From NCBI GenBank assembly GCA_040390065.1, contig JAZJZE010000021.1, forward strand, positions 1-36,236: 36,236 bases of DNA. Reading direction: 5' to 3'. Position numbers and translations under genes: made by a program. Numbering within the stretch: position 1 is the stretch's first letter; each line of letters starts with the position of its first letter. This DNA is from a bacterium. GTDB lineage: Archaea > Thermoplasmatota > E2 > JACPAO01 > JAHFTW01. This document shows positions 1 to 9,385 of the stretch, piece after piece. Below the pieces are notes generated by a model. The model had not been told where the DNA came from, searched no databases, and was given only the letters and a program-made list of their open reading frames with translations.

Positions 1-172
1 AGGCAAGGAAGAACGAACCCTTGCCCTTCTCAGCGGACTCCTTCTTGAAGCGCTCAATTTCATGGGCCGGGAACTGTCCCGTGTCCAGCATCAGGCGACC
101 GACGAGGGTCGACTTTCCGTGGTCGACGTGGCCGATCACGACGAGGTTCATGTGGGGCTTGTTGCTTGCCAT
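1..172 (-). CDS. tuf: Translation elongation factor EF-1 alpha (aEF1A), 5' part; runs off the window start
   Basis: Not in the ORF track. Manual translation from ATG at 172 gives [57 protein letters not shown], which contains the [10 protein letters not shown]-loop and the archaeal EF-1a N-terminus. Confidence 0.97.
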   Translation of the reverse strand, partial: MASNKPHMNLVVIGHVDHGKSTLVGRLMLDTGQFPAHEIERFKKESAEKGKGSFFLA

Positions 173-383
173 GGGGATCATCTCTTGTCCCCCTCGGCGC
201 CGCCCTGCGACAACGGCGTAGCGCGTAGCCAGGGGGGGCCTGCGTCTGCGCCGTGGAAGCCTAATCGACTCCGACGGGACCTGGCCAACGGCACCCGAAG
301 GGACCGGCGGCGCAGGCTTTGGACGATTCGCCGAGACAGGGGTGGTATTTGGAGATGACGGCGCGGCCCCCACAGGAGGATAC

Positions 384-400
384 GGGAAAGAAGGGAAAAG
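384..400 (-). terminator. Possible pyrimidine-rich archaeal terminator after the 416-1477 gene
   Basis: The minus strand reads CTTTTCCCTTCTTTCCC about 15 nt after the stop codon. Confidence 0.35.
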
Positions 401-415
401 GCATGGTCGGGCTCG

Positions 416-1477
416 TCAGACGCTGGGCACGCACGTGGCAAGAGCGGCGGGGGTTCCGCCGTTCTGCTTGGATACGCCGAGCGCCCAGGCTCGCAGGCAG
501 GTGATGGGCAGTTTCGTGATGGCCGCCTTCGGGCTGAGCGCATGGACGTTAGTGCAGGTGTTCGCATGGGGCTCCTCCCATGTGTCGTAGGCGCCGCCGT
601 CGATGTAGTATCCGACGAGGCAGTACTTGGTGACGGTCTCGTTCTGGTCGGCATCGTACGGAATCGCCACGGGGCATTGGAAGAGGATTTGTTCGGCGTC
701 TTCCGCCAGATCCATGGGGCCACAGTTTGCGTTCGTGCCGTTGTACCAGAAGTGACCGTAGTCGCCGTAGTCCCAGCCGTCGGCGTGCGAGACGATGCCG
801 CTGAGCGTGAGCATCGGGTTCTCGTCGAGGACGGGCACCCAGGTGTCCTGGGCCGCGGGCACCACGACCTGCGCTTGGTCGAGCACGTCCCAACCCCCGG
901 TGGACCGGACCTCGCCCATGACAGCGGGCAGGGCGGGTAGAAGGAGGCCGACGACGCGCTGCAGGCGCAAGCTGCCAGCCAGTGGATTCAGCGGCTGCGT
1001 GATGTCGACGGTTGCGTTGCATTGCCCCGCAACTCCGGATTGGCTGTTGTATCCGAGAGCAATGCGGGCGTACGGCGGCGCCGTATGCATGCGGAGTTCA
1101 CTGTCGGCTGCCGTGGTCACGTTGTCGTTGTACAAGGCAAAGTCGTTGTTGCCCAGATCAACGGCCCCGGTCACGTCGACGCTGCCGAGGTTGCACTGGT
1201 CCGTCGCGTCCTCGACGGGCGCCACGTGGATCTCCGTGATGCCGATGCTGTCCAGTTGGACCTTGACCATCACCTTGAGGTCGGAGCCGGCCTCGACGAA
1301 CTTGGGGGCGTCGATCCGTCCGGAGATGTCGAGGACCTTGATGGGGTTCTGGGCAAGCGTCGGAGGCTTGACCTGCGCCGTGGCGGGCATCGGGCCGGCG
1401 GCGGTCGTCATCAGGATGAAGGCCGCGAGTGCAGCGGCAAGCAGTCTGGTCGCGATTCGGTCTGTCATGGGTGTCAT
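416..1477 (-). CDS. Secreted hypothetical protein (~353 aa) with several Cys
   Basis: Start re-picked at MTPMTDRIATRLLAAALAAFILMTTAAG, a signal-peptide-like N-terminus. The mature region is beta-rich with host-like codon usage. No family recognised. Confidence 0.75.
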   Translation of the reverse strand: MTPMTDRIATRLLAAALAAFILMTTAAGPMPATAQVKPPTLAQNPIKVLDISGRIDAPKFVEAGSDLKVMVKVQLDSIGITEIHVAPVEDATDQCNLGSVDVTGAVDLGNNDFALYNDNVTTAADSELRMHTAPPYARIALGYNSQSGVAGQCNATVDITQPLNPLAGSLRLQRVVGLLLPALPAVMGEVRSTGGWDVLDQAQVVVPAAQDTWVPVLDENPMLTLSGIVSHADGWDYGDYGHFWYNGTNANCGPMDLAEDAEQILFQCPVAIPYDADQNETVTKYCLVGYYIDGGAYDTWEEPHANTCTNVHALSPKAAITKLPITCLRAWALGVSKQNGGTPAALATCVPSV

Positions 1478-1613
1478 CCGGGCGCAAGGCCCGGAAGCCC
1501 CAAGACACGACTTGAGCAAGGCGTGGAACGCTCGCGCCCTCACCTGTGCGAATTCACTTCCAGCGAAACCACGAGGCCTGGCGCCGCCTCGTCTGGATGG
1601 GATGCAGCGGCGT

Positions 1614-2081
1614 CTAGCTGGTTGGCGCGGGGGCAGGCCGGGCACGTCGGGCAAGGTGGGTGACCGCAACGCCGACCGCGGCAGTGAGGGCCGCCAGGCC
1701 CGCAAAGGTTCCCATGAAGGTGACGACCGAGGGCACCCATCGTCCTGCCGCGTCTTCCTGGAGCGCCCCTGCGACGACGAGTGTGGCAAGCGCCCCCGGC
1801 AGGGACCCGGCCCAGAACCAGTTCGCCTCTCGGCGGCCGGTCACGCCAGCAATGCCCGCAGCCAGGATGCCCAGGCCCACGCATGCCGCCACGGCTAGGA
1901 CAGCGGAGAGGACGATGGCGCCGGCACCCGTCTGCGGGGCCACGAGCAGACAGCCTTCGGGGCCTTGGTTTCCGGCGGCGCACGCGCCACCGACCTTGAT
2001 GGTCTCGAAGCCGATGCGCCAGGCGGCGGCGGCACCGACGGTCAGAAGCGAGCCGACGAGGATTGCGAGGGGGTTTCGCAT
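1614..2081 (-). CDS. Small integral membrane protein (~155 aa, about 4 TM segments)
   Basis: Starts MRNPLAILVGSLLTVGAAAAW; has four hydrophobic stretches and a Cys pair in the first loop. Confidence 0.7.
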   Translation of the reverse strand: MRNPLAILVGSLLTVGAAAAWRIGFETIKVGGACAAGNQGPEGCLLVAPQTGAGAIVLSAVLAVAACVGLGILAAGIAGVTGRREANWFWAGSLPGALATLVVAGALQEDAAGRWVPSVVTFMGTFAGLAALTAAVGVAVTHLARRARPAPAPTS

Positions 2082-2242
2082 GCAGTCCCCACGAGCTCCT
2101 AGGCAATAACCACCGTCGGACACTCGTTGGTGTTGGACTGGCGGTCTCTCCTGGGGCACCCCAGATGGCCGGGCCGGCAGTGCGTTATAGCAAGACTTCG
2201 TACCCGAAGCGATGGTCCGCTATGGGCCGTCAGTTGAATACC

Positions 2243-2446
2243 ATGGGATACGATGATCGAGGCCCCCCCCGCGGTGGCGGCGGCGGTGGCGGATTTGGAC
2301 GCGGGCCCCCCCGCGAAATGCACAAGGCCGTCTGTTCGGACTGCAAGAAGGAGACCGAGGTCCCCTTCAAGCCGACCGAGGGACGCCCTGTCTACTGCCG
2401 CGACTGCTACCCGAAGCACGCTCCGCCTCGCCCGAACCGCTTCTAA
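2243..2446 (+). CDS. CxxC-x17-CxxC zinc-binding domain protein with a Gly/Arg-rich N-terminus
   Basis: REMHKAVCSDC-KKETEVPFKPTEGRPVY-CRDC has exactly 17 residues between the CxxC pairs and the PFKP..GRPVYC signature. Confidence 0.92.
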   Translation: MGYDDRGPPRGGGGGGGFGRGPPREMHKAVCSDCKKETEVPFKPTEGRPVYCRDCYPKHAPPRPNRF

Positions 2447-2460
2447 GCGGCCAAGGTCGA

Positions 2461-2505
2461 GTTTCCCTTCTCCCCTTCTCCTTCGTTTTTGATTGGCTTT
2501 TCTTG
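2461..2505 (+). terminator. Pyrimidine/oligo-T tract, probable terminator
   Basis: GTTTCCCTTCTCCCCTTCTCCTTCGTTTTTGATTGGCTTTTCTT follows the stop at 2446. Confidence 0.45.
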
Positions 2506-2555
2506 GCAGCGCCAGTCGTCGCAAGCTTCACCTCGTGCTCCGGGGTACGGCGTCC

Positions 2556-4097
2556 ATGCGCGCGTCGACCGTCGCCGTCATCCTCCTCGCCTCCGTCATG
2601 GTCGGCGGCTGCACTTCTCCCCCCAACCCGCGCACGGGTCCTGACCTGCTCGGTTGGCGCTTGGACTGTGGCCTTGGCCTGATCGAGGCGGCGACGGACC
2701 CCGCTTGGCTGCAGGACTGCGAGGCGCGGGCCAGCCACACGGTCGGGCCCAAGCAGGAAATCTGGCTGGCGGTCAACCCGACCGATTCCCAGAACGTGGT
2801 GCTGGCGGCCAAGGACAACAACCCCGCCTCCTCGGCGGCGTGCGTGTGGAACGGCGTGTTTGTGACCCATGACGCGGGCGCGCACTGGAAGGACGTCACG
2901 ATCGGCGGTCGCTACTCCGACCGGAAGCCTGGCGAGCTCTGGTACGGCTATGCGTGCAACACCGACCCCATGTTCCGCTTCGGCGCCGACGGACAGCTGC
3001 ACTACGCCGTCGAGATGTACAACCTGGGCGGCACGAATTCCCACGGCCCCGGCGGGCCGAGCCCGCAGACCGGGCGGCCCTACATCCAACCAGGGTGGCG
3101 CCTGGTTCTCGCCACAAGCAAGGACGGCGGCGACACGTGGCCCACGGTCGTCGAGCTCGTGGATGGCGACGGGACCGTCGACCTGAACGATTACAGCCGC
3201 ATGGCCATCTCGCCGAAGACGGGCACAATCATCGAGGCGATTGGTCTGCTGTCCGGCACGGACTTCACGTTGCCCGCCGTCGGGGCGCCGCCCCAGACGA
3301 CGGACGCCGCGACGCATTCTTACTGCTGGGTGACGGCCAGCGAGGATCATGGCGCGTCGGCCCGGACGCCGGTCGCGGTCGTGCAGAACCCACCCCAGGG
3401 CATCGCCTGCCAGGCCATCGCTGTGTCGCCCGAAGGCGTCGTCGTGCTCGGCGGCGAAGTTGGCGGCAGCGCCGTCGGTGGCAAGGAAGGGTCGGGTCAC
3501 TTCTCGTTCGCCACCAGCACGGACGACGGCAAGTCGTTCGGGGCGTACGCCGGAGGCTTCGACTACGTGTCGCTGCCGGGGCACTTCAACAACACGCGCT
3601 TCCGGACCGGGACTAACATCGAGATGGTCTACGACCTCACGACCGGGCCGCGCCACGGCAGGCTGTACGCCATCTACTCGGACTTTTCCCGCGGCGACGC
3701 GGACATCCTGCTGCGCACAAGCAAGGATGATGGAGCGACGTGGAGCCAGGCGGTCCGAGTCAACGACGGCGGCGACGGTTCGGACCAGTTCATGCCCAAC
3801 ATGGCGGTGGCCGGCGACGGCTCGCTGCACGCTTTCTGGATGGACCGCAAGCACGACCCTCAGGGCCGCCTCATCGGCATCACCCACGCCGTCAGCCTCG
3901 ACGGCGAGCACTGGCAGGAGGAGCGCGTCACGTCCGTGAGCTGGGACGGTGACCTCGGGGTCCACCAGGAAGGGTTCCCGTTCATTGGGGACTACCTTGG
4001 CGTCGATGCGGTGGGCAACGACGTGTGGGGAGGCTTCCCTGACGCCTCCAACGGGGCGACCACCGTCGTCGCCGCAGCGCACGTCGTCAAGGCGTGA
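2556..4097 (+). CDS. Lipoprotein with BNR/Asp-box repeats (sialidase-like beta-propeller), paralogue 1
   Basis: Lipobox MRASTVAVILLASVMVGG-C. Asp boxes THDAGAHW, SKDGGDTW, STDDGKSF, SKDDGATW and SLDGEHW. C-terminal FIGDY motif. Confidence 0.88.
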   Translation: MRASTVAVILLASVMVGGCTSPPNPRTGPDLLGWRLDCGLGLIEAATDPAWLQDCEARASHTVGPKQEIWLAVNPTDSQNVVLAAKDNNPASSAACVWNGVFVTHDAGAHWKDVTIGGRYSDRKPGELWYGYACNTDPMFRFGADGQLHYAVEMYNLGGTNSHGPGGPSPQTGRPYIQPGWRLVLATSKDGGDTWPTVVELVDGDGTVDLNDYSRMAISPKTGTIIEAIGLLSGTDFTLPAVGAPPQTTDAATHSYCWVTASEDHGASARTPVAVVQNPPQGIACQAIAVSPEGVVVLGGEVGGSAVGGKEGSGHFSFATSTDDGKSFGAYAGGFDYVSLPGHFNNTRFRTGTNIEMVYDLTTGPRHGRLYAIYSDFSRGDADILLRTSKDDGATWSQAVRVNDGGDGSDQFMPNMAVAGDGSLHAFWMDRKHDPQGRLIGITHAVSLDGEHWQEERVTSVSWDGDLGVHQEGFPFIGDYLGVDAVGNDVWGGFPDASNGATTVVAAAHVVKA

Positions 4098-4161
4098 GTC
4101 CGCCCCGGGCGGCGGCCTCGAGTGCAACAAGGCTTTTCCCCGCTGGCCAGGGTCGCCGTTC

Positions 4162-5721
4162 ATGCGCGCCGCCGTCCCCGTCATCCTCCTGTCCTTCGCT
4201 GCCCTGTCCGGGTGCATGGGCGAATCGCCGCCGCCGACCGAGCTGGCCATCCACGGCTGGGCGCTCGACTGCAGCATGGGCAACGCCGAACGCGCCATCC
4301 CGGGCGCATCGTGGGCCCAGGACTGTGAGGCCCGCGCCAGCCACACCATGGGCCAGAAACAGGAGATCTGGGTAGCCGTCAACCCGACCGACTCCAACAA
4401 CGTCGTCATCGGAGCGAAGGACCTCAACCCCGACCTGTCGTCGCACTGCGTGTGGAACGGCATCTCGACCACCGTCGACGGCGGCAGGTCCTGGACCGAC
4501 GTCCTGCTCGGGGGCAAGTACGCGGACCGCAAGCAGGGTTCGCCCTACTACGGCTATGCGTGCAACACGGACCCCATGGGGGTCTTCACCGCGGACGGCA
4601 CGCTCCACTGGGTCGTCGAACTCTACAACCTCGAAGGCCACGACGGCTACGGCCCGCTCGGAGCCGACCCGTCGTCGGGCCGCGGCGTCCTGCAGCCGGG
4701 CTGGAAACTCGTGCTTGCCATCTCGCACGACAAGGGCCTGAGCTTCCCCGAGGACCAGGCCGTCACCCTGGAGTACGGCGACGGCATCGCCGCCCTCAAC
4801 GACTACTCGCGCATCACGAACAACCCCACGACCGGCTCCACGGTCACGGTCATCAACACGTACTACCCGGGCTTTGCCGCCAACGCGGTCCCTCTGCCGA
4901 TTGGTGGCGTCGTGTGCAGCGTCATTGCCTACCGCGGCGCCGGCGAACCGGTGCAGCCGCTGCCCCTCCAGCCCACCCTCCAGACGGGCACGGCCAACCC
5001 GAACGGCATCAACTGCAACGCCATCGCGGCCGACTCCAAGGGCACGATCACGCTCGCCGGCATCGGCGCAGCCGCTCCCACCGGCGGCGCCACGACTTCG
5101 TGGTTCGCCACGTCCACCGACGACGCCGCGAGCTTCACGGATTTCCGGCCGGGCTTCACGTTCAAGGGCATTCCGGGGAAGTTCGCCGAATCGCCTTACC
5201 GGACCGGCACCAACTTCGAGGTCGCGTACGACAACTCGATGGGCAACCACTCGGCGCACCCGGGCATGCTCTTTGCCGTCACGGCGGAGGACGCCTCGGG
5301 CCGCGGCGGCGACGACGCCGACATCTTCGTCCATGCAAGCCCGGACGGCGGTGCCACGTGGAAGGACGCCGTCAAGGTCAACCAGGATGGCGCCAAGAGC
5401 CACCAGTTCATGCCCAACATCGTGGTCGCCCGCGACGGCTCGATCCACGTCTTCTACATGGACAAGTCGTACGACGCGGCGCACAGCCTCATCGACGTCA
5501 CGCATGCCATGAGCCTCGACGGCGGCCAGACGTGGTCCAACGAACGCGTCACAACGGTGTCGTGGGACGGCGCCCTGGGCAAGCACCAGGAGGATTTCCC
5601 GTTCATCGGGGACTACACGGGCATCGGCACCTCGGGCAACCTCGTTTGGGGTGGCTTCCCCGATTCCTCCAATGGCCAGACGACGGTCGTGGCGGCCATC
5701 AAGGTGGAACTGCACGGATAA
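4162..5721 (+). CDS. Lipoprotein with BNR/Asp-box repeats (sialidase-like beta-propeller), paralogue 2
   Basis: Lipobox MRAAVPVILLSFAALSG-C. Asp boxes TVDGGRSW, SHDKGLSF, STDDAASF, SPDGGATW and SLDGGQTW. Colinear with the 2556-4097 protein (QDCEARASHT, YGYACNTDPM, FPFIGDY). Confidence 0.88.
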   Translation: MRAAVPVILLSFAALSGCMGESPPPTELAIHGWALDCSMGNAERAIPGASWAQDCEARASHTMGQKQEIWVAVNPTDSNNVVIGAKDLNPDLSSHCVWNGISTTVDGGRSWTDVLLGGKYADRKQGSPYYGYACNTDPMGVFTADGTLHWVVELYNLEGHDGYGPLGADPSSGRGVLQPGWKLVLAISHDKGLSFPEDQAVTLEYGDGIAALNDYSRITNNPTTGSTVTVINTYYPGFAANAVPLPIGGVVCSVIAYRGAGEPVQPLPLQPTLQTGTANPNGINCNAIAADSKGTITLAGIGAAAPTGGATTSWFATSTDDAASFTDFRPGFTFKGIPGKFAESPYRTGTNFEVAYDNSMGNHSAHPGMLFAVTAEDASGRGGDDADIFVHASPDGGATWKDAVKVNQDGAKSHQFMPNIVVARDGSIHVFYMDKSYDAAHSLIDVTHAMSLDGGQTWSNERVTTVSWDGALGKHQEDFPFIGDYTGIGTSGNLVWGGFPDSSNGQTTVVAAIKVELHG

Positions 5722-5954
5722 TCCGAAGCGCAGGGCTCGCACTGTGATTTGGCATCGTCAAAACGAGGACGCTTGGGATGGATTTGGTCAAGGACGAAGA
5801 GTCGACCCAAGCCCTGTGGCCGAATCACGATGGCACCAGGGGGTCAGGTTGGAGGTCGCCGAGTAGTGGCAGCGGAAAGTAACCCCTCCGCTGTCCATCG
5901 CAGTCCACGGCGTTGGCCAATGAAGGGTTAACTAGAATTGATGTCTGCCAGAGA

Positions 5955-7790
5955 ATGATGATGACTCGTGCGACGGCGCTTCTCGTTGGTTTTTTTTTCC
6001 TCGTCGTGTCCGGTTTTCCCGGAAGCATGATTCCGGGGGCCCATGCCGCGCCAACCGCCTCCGACGCAGGGGACCGATGCGCGTCGTTCGACCAGGTCGG
6101 CTCCCCGGGAGGGCTGTTTGTGGTTCCAATTCAGCCGCCCGTCGTCTTCGAACATGACACGACAATCATCGCCGACAGCATTGATGTCCAAGGCGTTCTC
6201 GCCACGCGACCGCCTGCGGAAGTCGTGGCCGCATTCGCGCAGGGGGGCCCCGAATTTCGCGGGCCTGATCTCTGCCTCGTGGCTCAGCATATCAACGTGA
6301 CTCCCGGCGGGTCGATTGTAACCGCGGCCGGCGCATCGCGAGGGCTTGAGGTGCGCTTCGTAGATGCAGGACCTGCGGTAGGCAGTGCCGGCGGGCGTGG
6401 GGGCGACATCATCCTTCGTGTCGTTCCTGCGGACAGTGGTCCCACATCGCTCGTAATTGACGGTCAGCTGCGGACAGGAAACGGAGGTGACGGCGGGTCT
6501 GCGCTGGCGGTCCTTCGGCCCGCCACCTCCCTTCCTCCGTCTTCTGTTTGCGCACAAGGCCTGCTTCCGGCCACGGCGTTGGGCGGGTCAGGGGGAAGAG
6601 CGGGCGAGGTGCAGCTGTTTTCTCAGAGCAGTACCGAATCGGCTATTCGCCCTGGCGGGCTTGCCATTGGGGAGGGTGGTCGCGGCGGGACCGCGGTAGT
6701 CTCAGCAACGTTGCTTGGTGGAGTCGCCAATGGCGGCCCTGCCGGAACGAGCAATGCATATTTTGACGGTGTTCCCGCTGGCGCGAAGGACTTGTCTCTT
6801 TTCGCTTCGGGGCGCGGCGGAGATGGTGGCGGCGCAGTGGCGGTTCCAAACCTCTGCCCATCGGCCCCGCCCCCATCCGACTGCAATTCCGTTCCTTGCG
6901 ATTGTACCTATTTTGGATCGTTGGTGTGCGGGATTCTCACGGCCTGTACTCCCATTTATGGAGGCAATCCTGTGAGCGACTGCAAACCGCTGGGCGGACC
7001 GGGTGAACCGGACGTTCAGCGCTGCGACACCCTGCCGTCCACGGCAGGCGCGGGCCAGGTGGGCCCTCAGACGGTGACGGCGAAGGGGTGGCCGGGCGAA
7101 TACGGGCTGCTGCAAGGCGGCAATGGCGGACTGGGCAAGGCCGTCGGCTGCAACGCCACAGGCGCCGGGACAAACGCGAAAGATGCGGGCAATCCCCCGT
7201 GCCCCTCGTACACGGAATGGTCCTGTGGGCCCGGGAGTGGCCTGAACGGCAAGAAGCCCAAGGGCGAGAGCGGCGGCACCGGCCCCCAGGGTGGGGACGC
7301 CGAGGCAACGGGGGGGCGAGGGGGAGACAGTCTTCTTCGAGGTGGTGATGGAGGGCTTGGAGACGCAACCGCGGGTCGAGGCGCGCCGGGCGGGCGCGGC
7401 GGGAAGGGCGAGGATGCCTATGACTGGAGCTGTGGTGACGGCGGAGATGGGGGCGACTCGGGCGACGGTGGATATGGGGGGAAGGCCACAGGAAACGGCG
7501 GCGATGGGGGTGATGGCACGTCAAATTACGGGGTCGGAGGGCAGGGCGGGCAAGGGTCCGCGAGCAGCCCGGGTGGCGCACCGCCAGGACGCCCTGTCGG
7601 CAGCGGAGGAAAGGCCAGTCATTGGTGGTACTTCCAACACGCCCCCGTACGCTGCGAGCTGACCATCAAACAAGTGCCAGTGACCCCGTGGACCCCCACC
7701 GACGGATCGCCGGGAGCGCCCGGAAATCCGGGACTTCCCGGGCCGACTTACCAGAATCCTGGCCTCAATGGGAACGGCGGTGGCCTGTGA
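5955..7790 (+). CDS. Secreted Gly-rich (GGxGGxG, PE_PGRS-like) and Cys-rich protein with a short collagen-like C-terminus
   Basis: Signal peptide MMMTRATALLVGFFFLVVSG...AHA. Many GGxGGxG repeats, a central Cys cluster, and GSPGAPGNPGLPGPT near the end. More A/T-ending codons than the flanking genes. Confidence 0.8.
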   Translation: MMMTRATALLVGFFFLVVSGFPGSMIPGAHAAPTASDAGDRCASFDQVGSPGGLFVVPIQPPVVFEHDTTIIADSIDVQGVLATRPPAEVVAAFAQGGPEFRGPDLCLVAQHINVTPGGSIVTAAGASRGLEVRFVDAGPAVGSAGGRGGDIILRVVPADSGPTSLVIDGQLRTGNGGDGGSALAVLRPATSLPPSSVCAQGLLPATALGGSGGRAGEVQLFSQSSTESAIRPGGLAIGEGGRGGTAVVSATLLGGVANGGPAGTSNAYFDGVPAGAKDLSLFASGRGGDGGGAVAVPNLCPSAPPPSDCNSVPCDCTYFGSLVCGILTACTPIYGGNPVSDCKPLGGPGEPDVQRCDTLPSTAGAGQVGPQTVTAKGWPGEYGLLQGGNGGLGKAVGCNATGAGTNAKDAGNPPCPSYTEWSCGPGSGLNGKKPKGESGGTGPQGGDAEATGGRGGDSLLRGGDGGLGDATAGRGAPGGRGGKGEDAYDWSCGDGGDGGDSGDGGYGGKATGNGGDGGDGTSNYGVGGQGGQGSASSPGGAPPGRPVGSGGKASHWWYFQHAPVRCELTIKQVPVTPWTPTDGSPGAPGNPGLPGPTYQNPGLNGNGGGL

Positions 7791-8380
7791 GTGGTGGGAC
7801 GCATTCGGTAACGCCGGACCTTCGGCGCCGGTTCTGGTCCCTGGTGTCCTTTGCGTCCCTAGGGCTGGCGGGCTGCGTTGGAAACTCAGGCGCCCCTCCG
7901 GCCTCCACGGGGCCGGCCGGCTTTCCGCCCCCCATCTTCACGGTGGCACAGGACCGCCTTCTCAATGCCAGCACGGTGCCTAATCCAACTGGCCCCCAAG
8001 TTGGCGTGCGCGACAATTGCAGCCAGGCGGTTGTCCACCGCATGGAACAGGCGATTTCCGTGAATGTGACGGCCACCTTCACAGGGCCCGTCGGCTATGT
8101 TCCAAGTTGGGACCTGATTATCCGCTGGGTGGAGGCGCCAGGCGGTTTCAATGGAACCGTTGTGCAGTCTGGTCTCATGCCTCTGAAGGCTTCCCTCTCC
8201 CTTCGGGGCGCCGAGGGCTGGAACGGCACCATTTCCATCGTTGTCGCCCCGGAACGTGGAAGTCCGATTCCCGCAATTGAACAGCGCGTTGCCCTCCACC
8301 AAGAAGTTGCATCGTCGTCCCCTGGAAATGCCGAATTCATGGGCCAGCAGTTTCGCATGTCGTGCACGGCCACGTATTAG
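7787..8380 (+). CDS. Hypothetical lipoprotein (~197 aa), possibly Tat-exported
   Basis: The GTG start overlaps the upstream TGA (GTGA, 7787-7790). DLRRRFWSLVSFASLGLAG-C gives an RR-like motif plus a lipobox. Confidence 0.7.
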   Translation: MSGGTHSVTPDLRRRFWSLVSFASLGLAGCVGNSGAPPASTGPAGFPPPIFTVAQDRLLNASTVPNPTGPQVGVRDNCSQAVVHRMEQAISVNVTATFTGPVGYVPSWDLIIRWVEAPGGFNGTVVQSGLMPLKASLSLRGAEGWNGTISIVVAPERGSPIPAIEQRVALHQEVASSSPGNAEFMGQQFRMSCTATY

Positions 8381-8656
8381 GCGTCGCTGCAAGATAGAGT
8401 AATCCTCCTGTAATGAGTGCAATTCGTGCCTGAGCGACCGGCCAGAAGTGGGAGGGCCCGATTCACCAACCCCCCGGCTTTTTATCCATCCCCTTCGTCC
8501 GGCGTTTGAACAGAACCGGAAGCGGGCCGCCCCACCGTCGCGCCGGCGATTTCAATCGCCGGCATCGGTGGATGGGCCCCAAGCCTCTCCGTGAAGGCAC
8601 TTTTAGCCTCCACCCTGAGCGGCCTTGCCTCCAGGTTCACCCGCCCAGGTGAATCA

Positions 8657-9382
8657 ATGCAACCCCAGAACGCAGCCACCGCGTACGACCGCGCAATCAC
8701 CGTCTTCTCACCGGATGGCCGACTCTTCCAGGTCGAATATGCCCGCGAGGCCGTCAAGCGCGGCACGACCGCCGTCGGCGTGCGCAGCAAGACGGGTGTC
8801 GCCCTCCTCGTCGACAAGCGCGTCAGTTCCAAGCTCGTCGTGGCCGCCTCCATCGAGAAAATCTTCGCCATCGACGTGCACGTCGGCTGCGCCACCTCCG
8901 GCCTCGTGGCCGACGCCCGCGCCCTCGTGGACCGCGCCCGCGTCGAGGCGCAGATGAACCGCGTCTCCTACGACGAGCCGATCCCCGTCGACACGCTCAC
9001 CAAGCGCATCTGCGACTACAAGCAATCCTACACCCAGTACGGCGGCGGACGCCCCTTCGGCACCGCCCTGCTGGTGGCCGGCGTCGACTCGTCCGGCCCG
9101 CGCCTGTTCGAGACGGACCCGTCGGGCGCGCTCATCGAGTACCGCGCCTCCGCCGTCGGCTCCGGCCGGGCCCAGGCCCTCGAGACGCTCGAGGCCCAGT
9201 ACAAGGAAGGCATGTCCACGGACGCGGCCATCCAGCTCGGCATCAAGGCCCTGCACGCAGCCACGGAAGGCAAGCTCAACGTCGAGGCCCTCGAGGTCGC
9301 GACGGTCGAGCCGGCCACGACGGGCGCCGGCGGGTTCCGCCGCCTCAGCGAGGCCGAGGTCAAGGCCGCAGTGAAGGGATAG
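8657..9382 (+). CDS. psmA: Proteasome subunit alpha
   Basis: YDRAITVFSPDGRLFQVEYAREAVKRG signature, RPFGTALL and ETDPSG. SD-like AGGTGA precedes the ATG at 8657. Confidence 0.98.
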   Translation: MQPQNAATAYDRAITVFSPDGRLFQVEYAREAVKRGTTAVGVRSKTGVALLVDKRVSSKLVVAASIEKIFAIDVHVGCATSGLVADARALVDRARVEAQMNRVSYDEPIPVDTLTKRICDYKQSYTQYGGGRPFGTALLVAGVDSSGPRLFETDPSGALIEYRASAVGSGRAQALETLEAQYKEGMSTDAAIQLGIKALHAATEGKLNVEALEVATVEPATTGAGGFRRLSEAEVKAAVKG

Positions 9383-9385
9383 TCC

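Noticed and set aside
5992-5999. T8 run in the signal-peptide region of the Gly-rich gene as a slippage switch
   Set aside because: The run is short and explained by GGT-TTT-TTT-TTC (GFFF); there is no evidence of a frameshift without read data.
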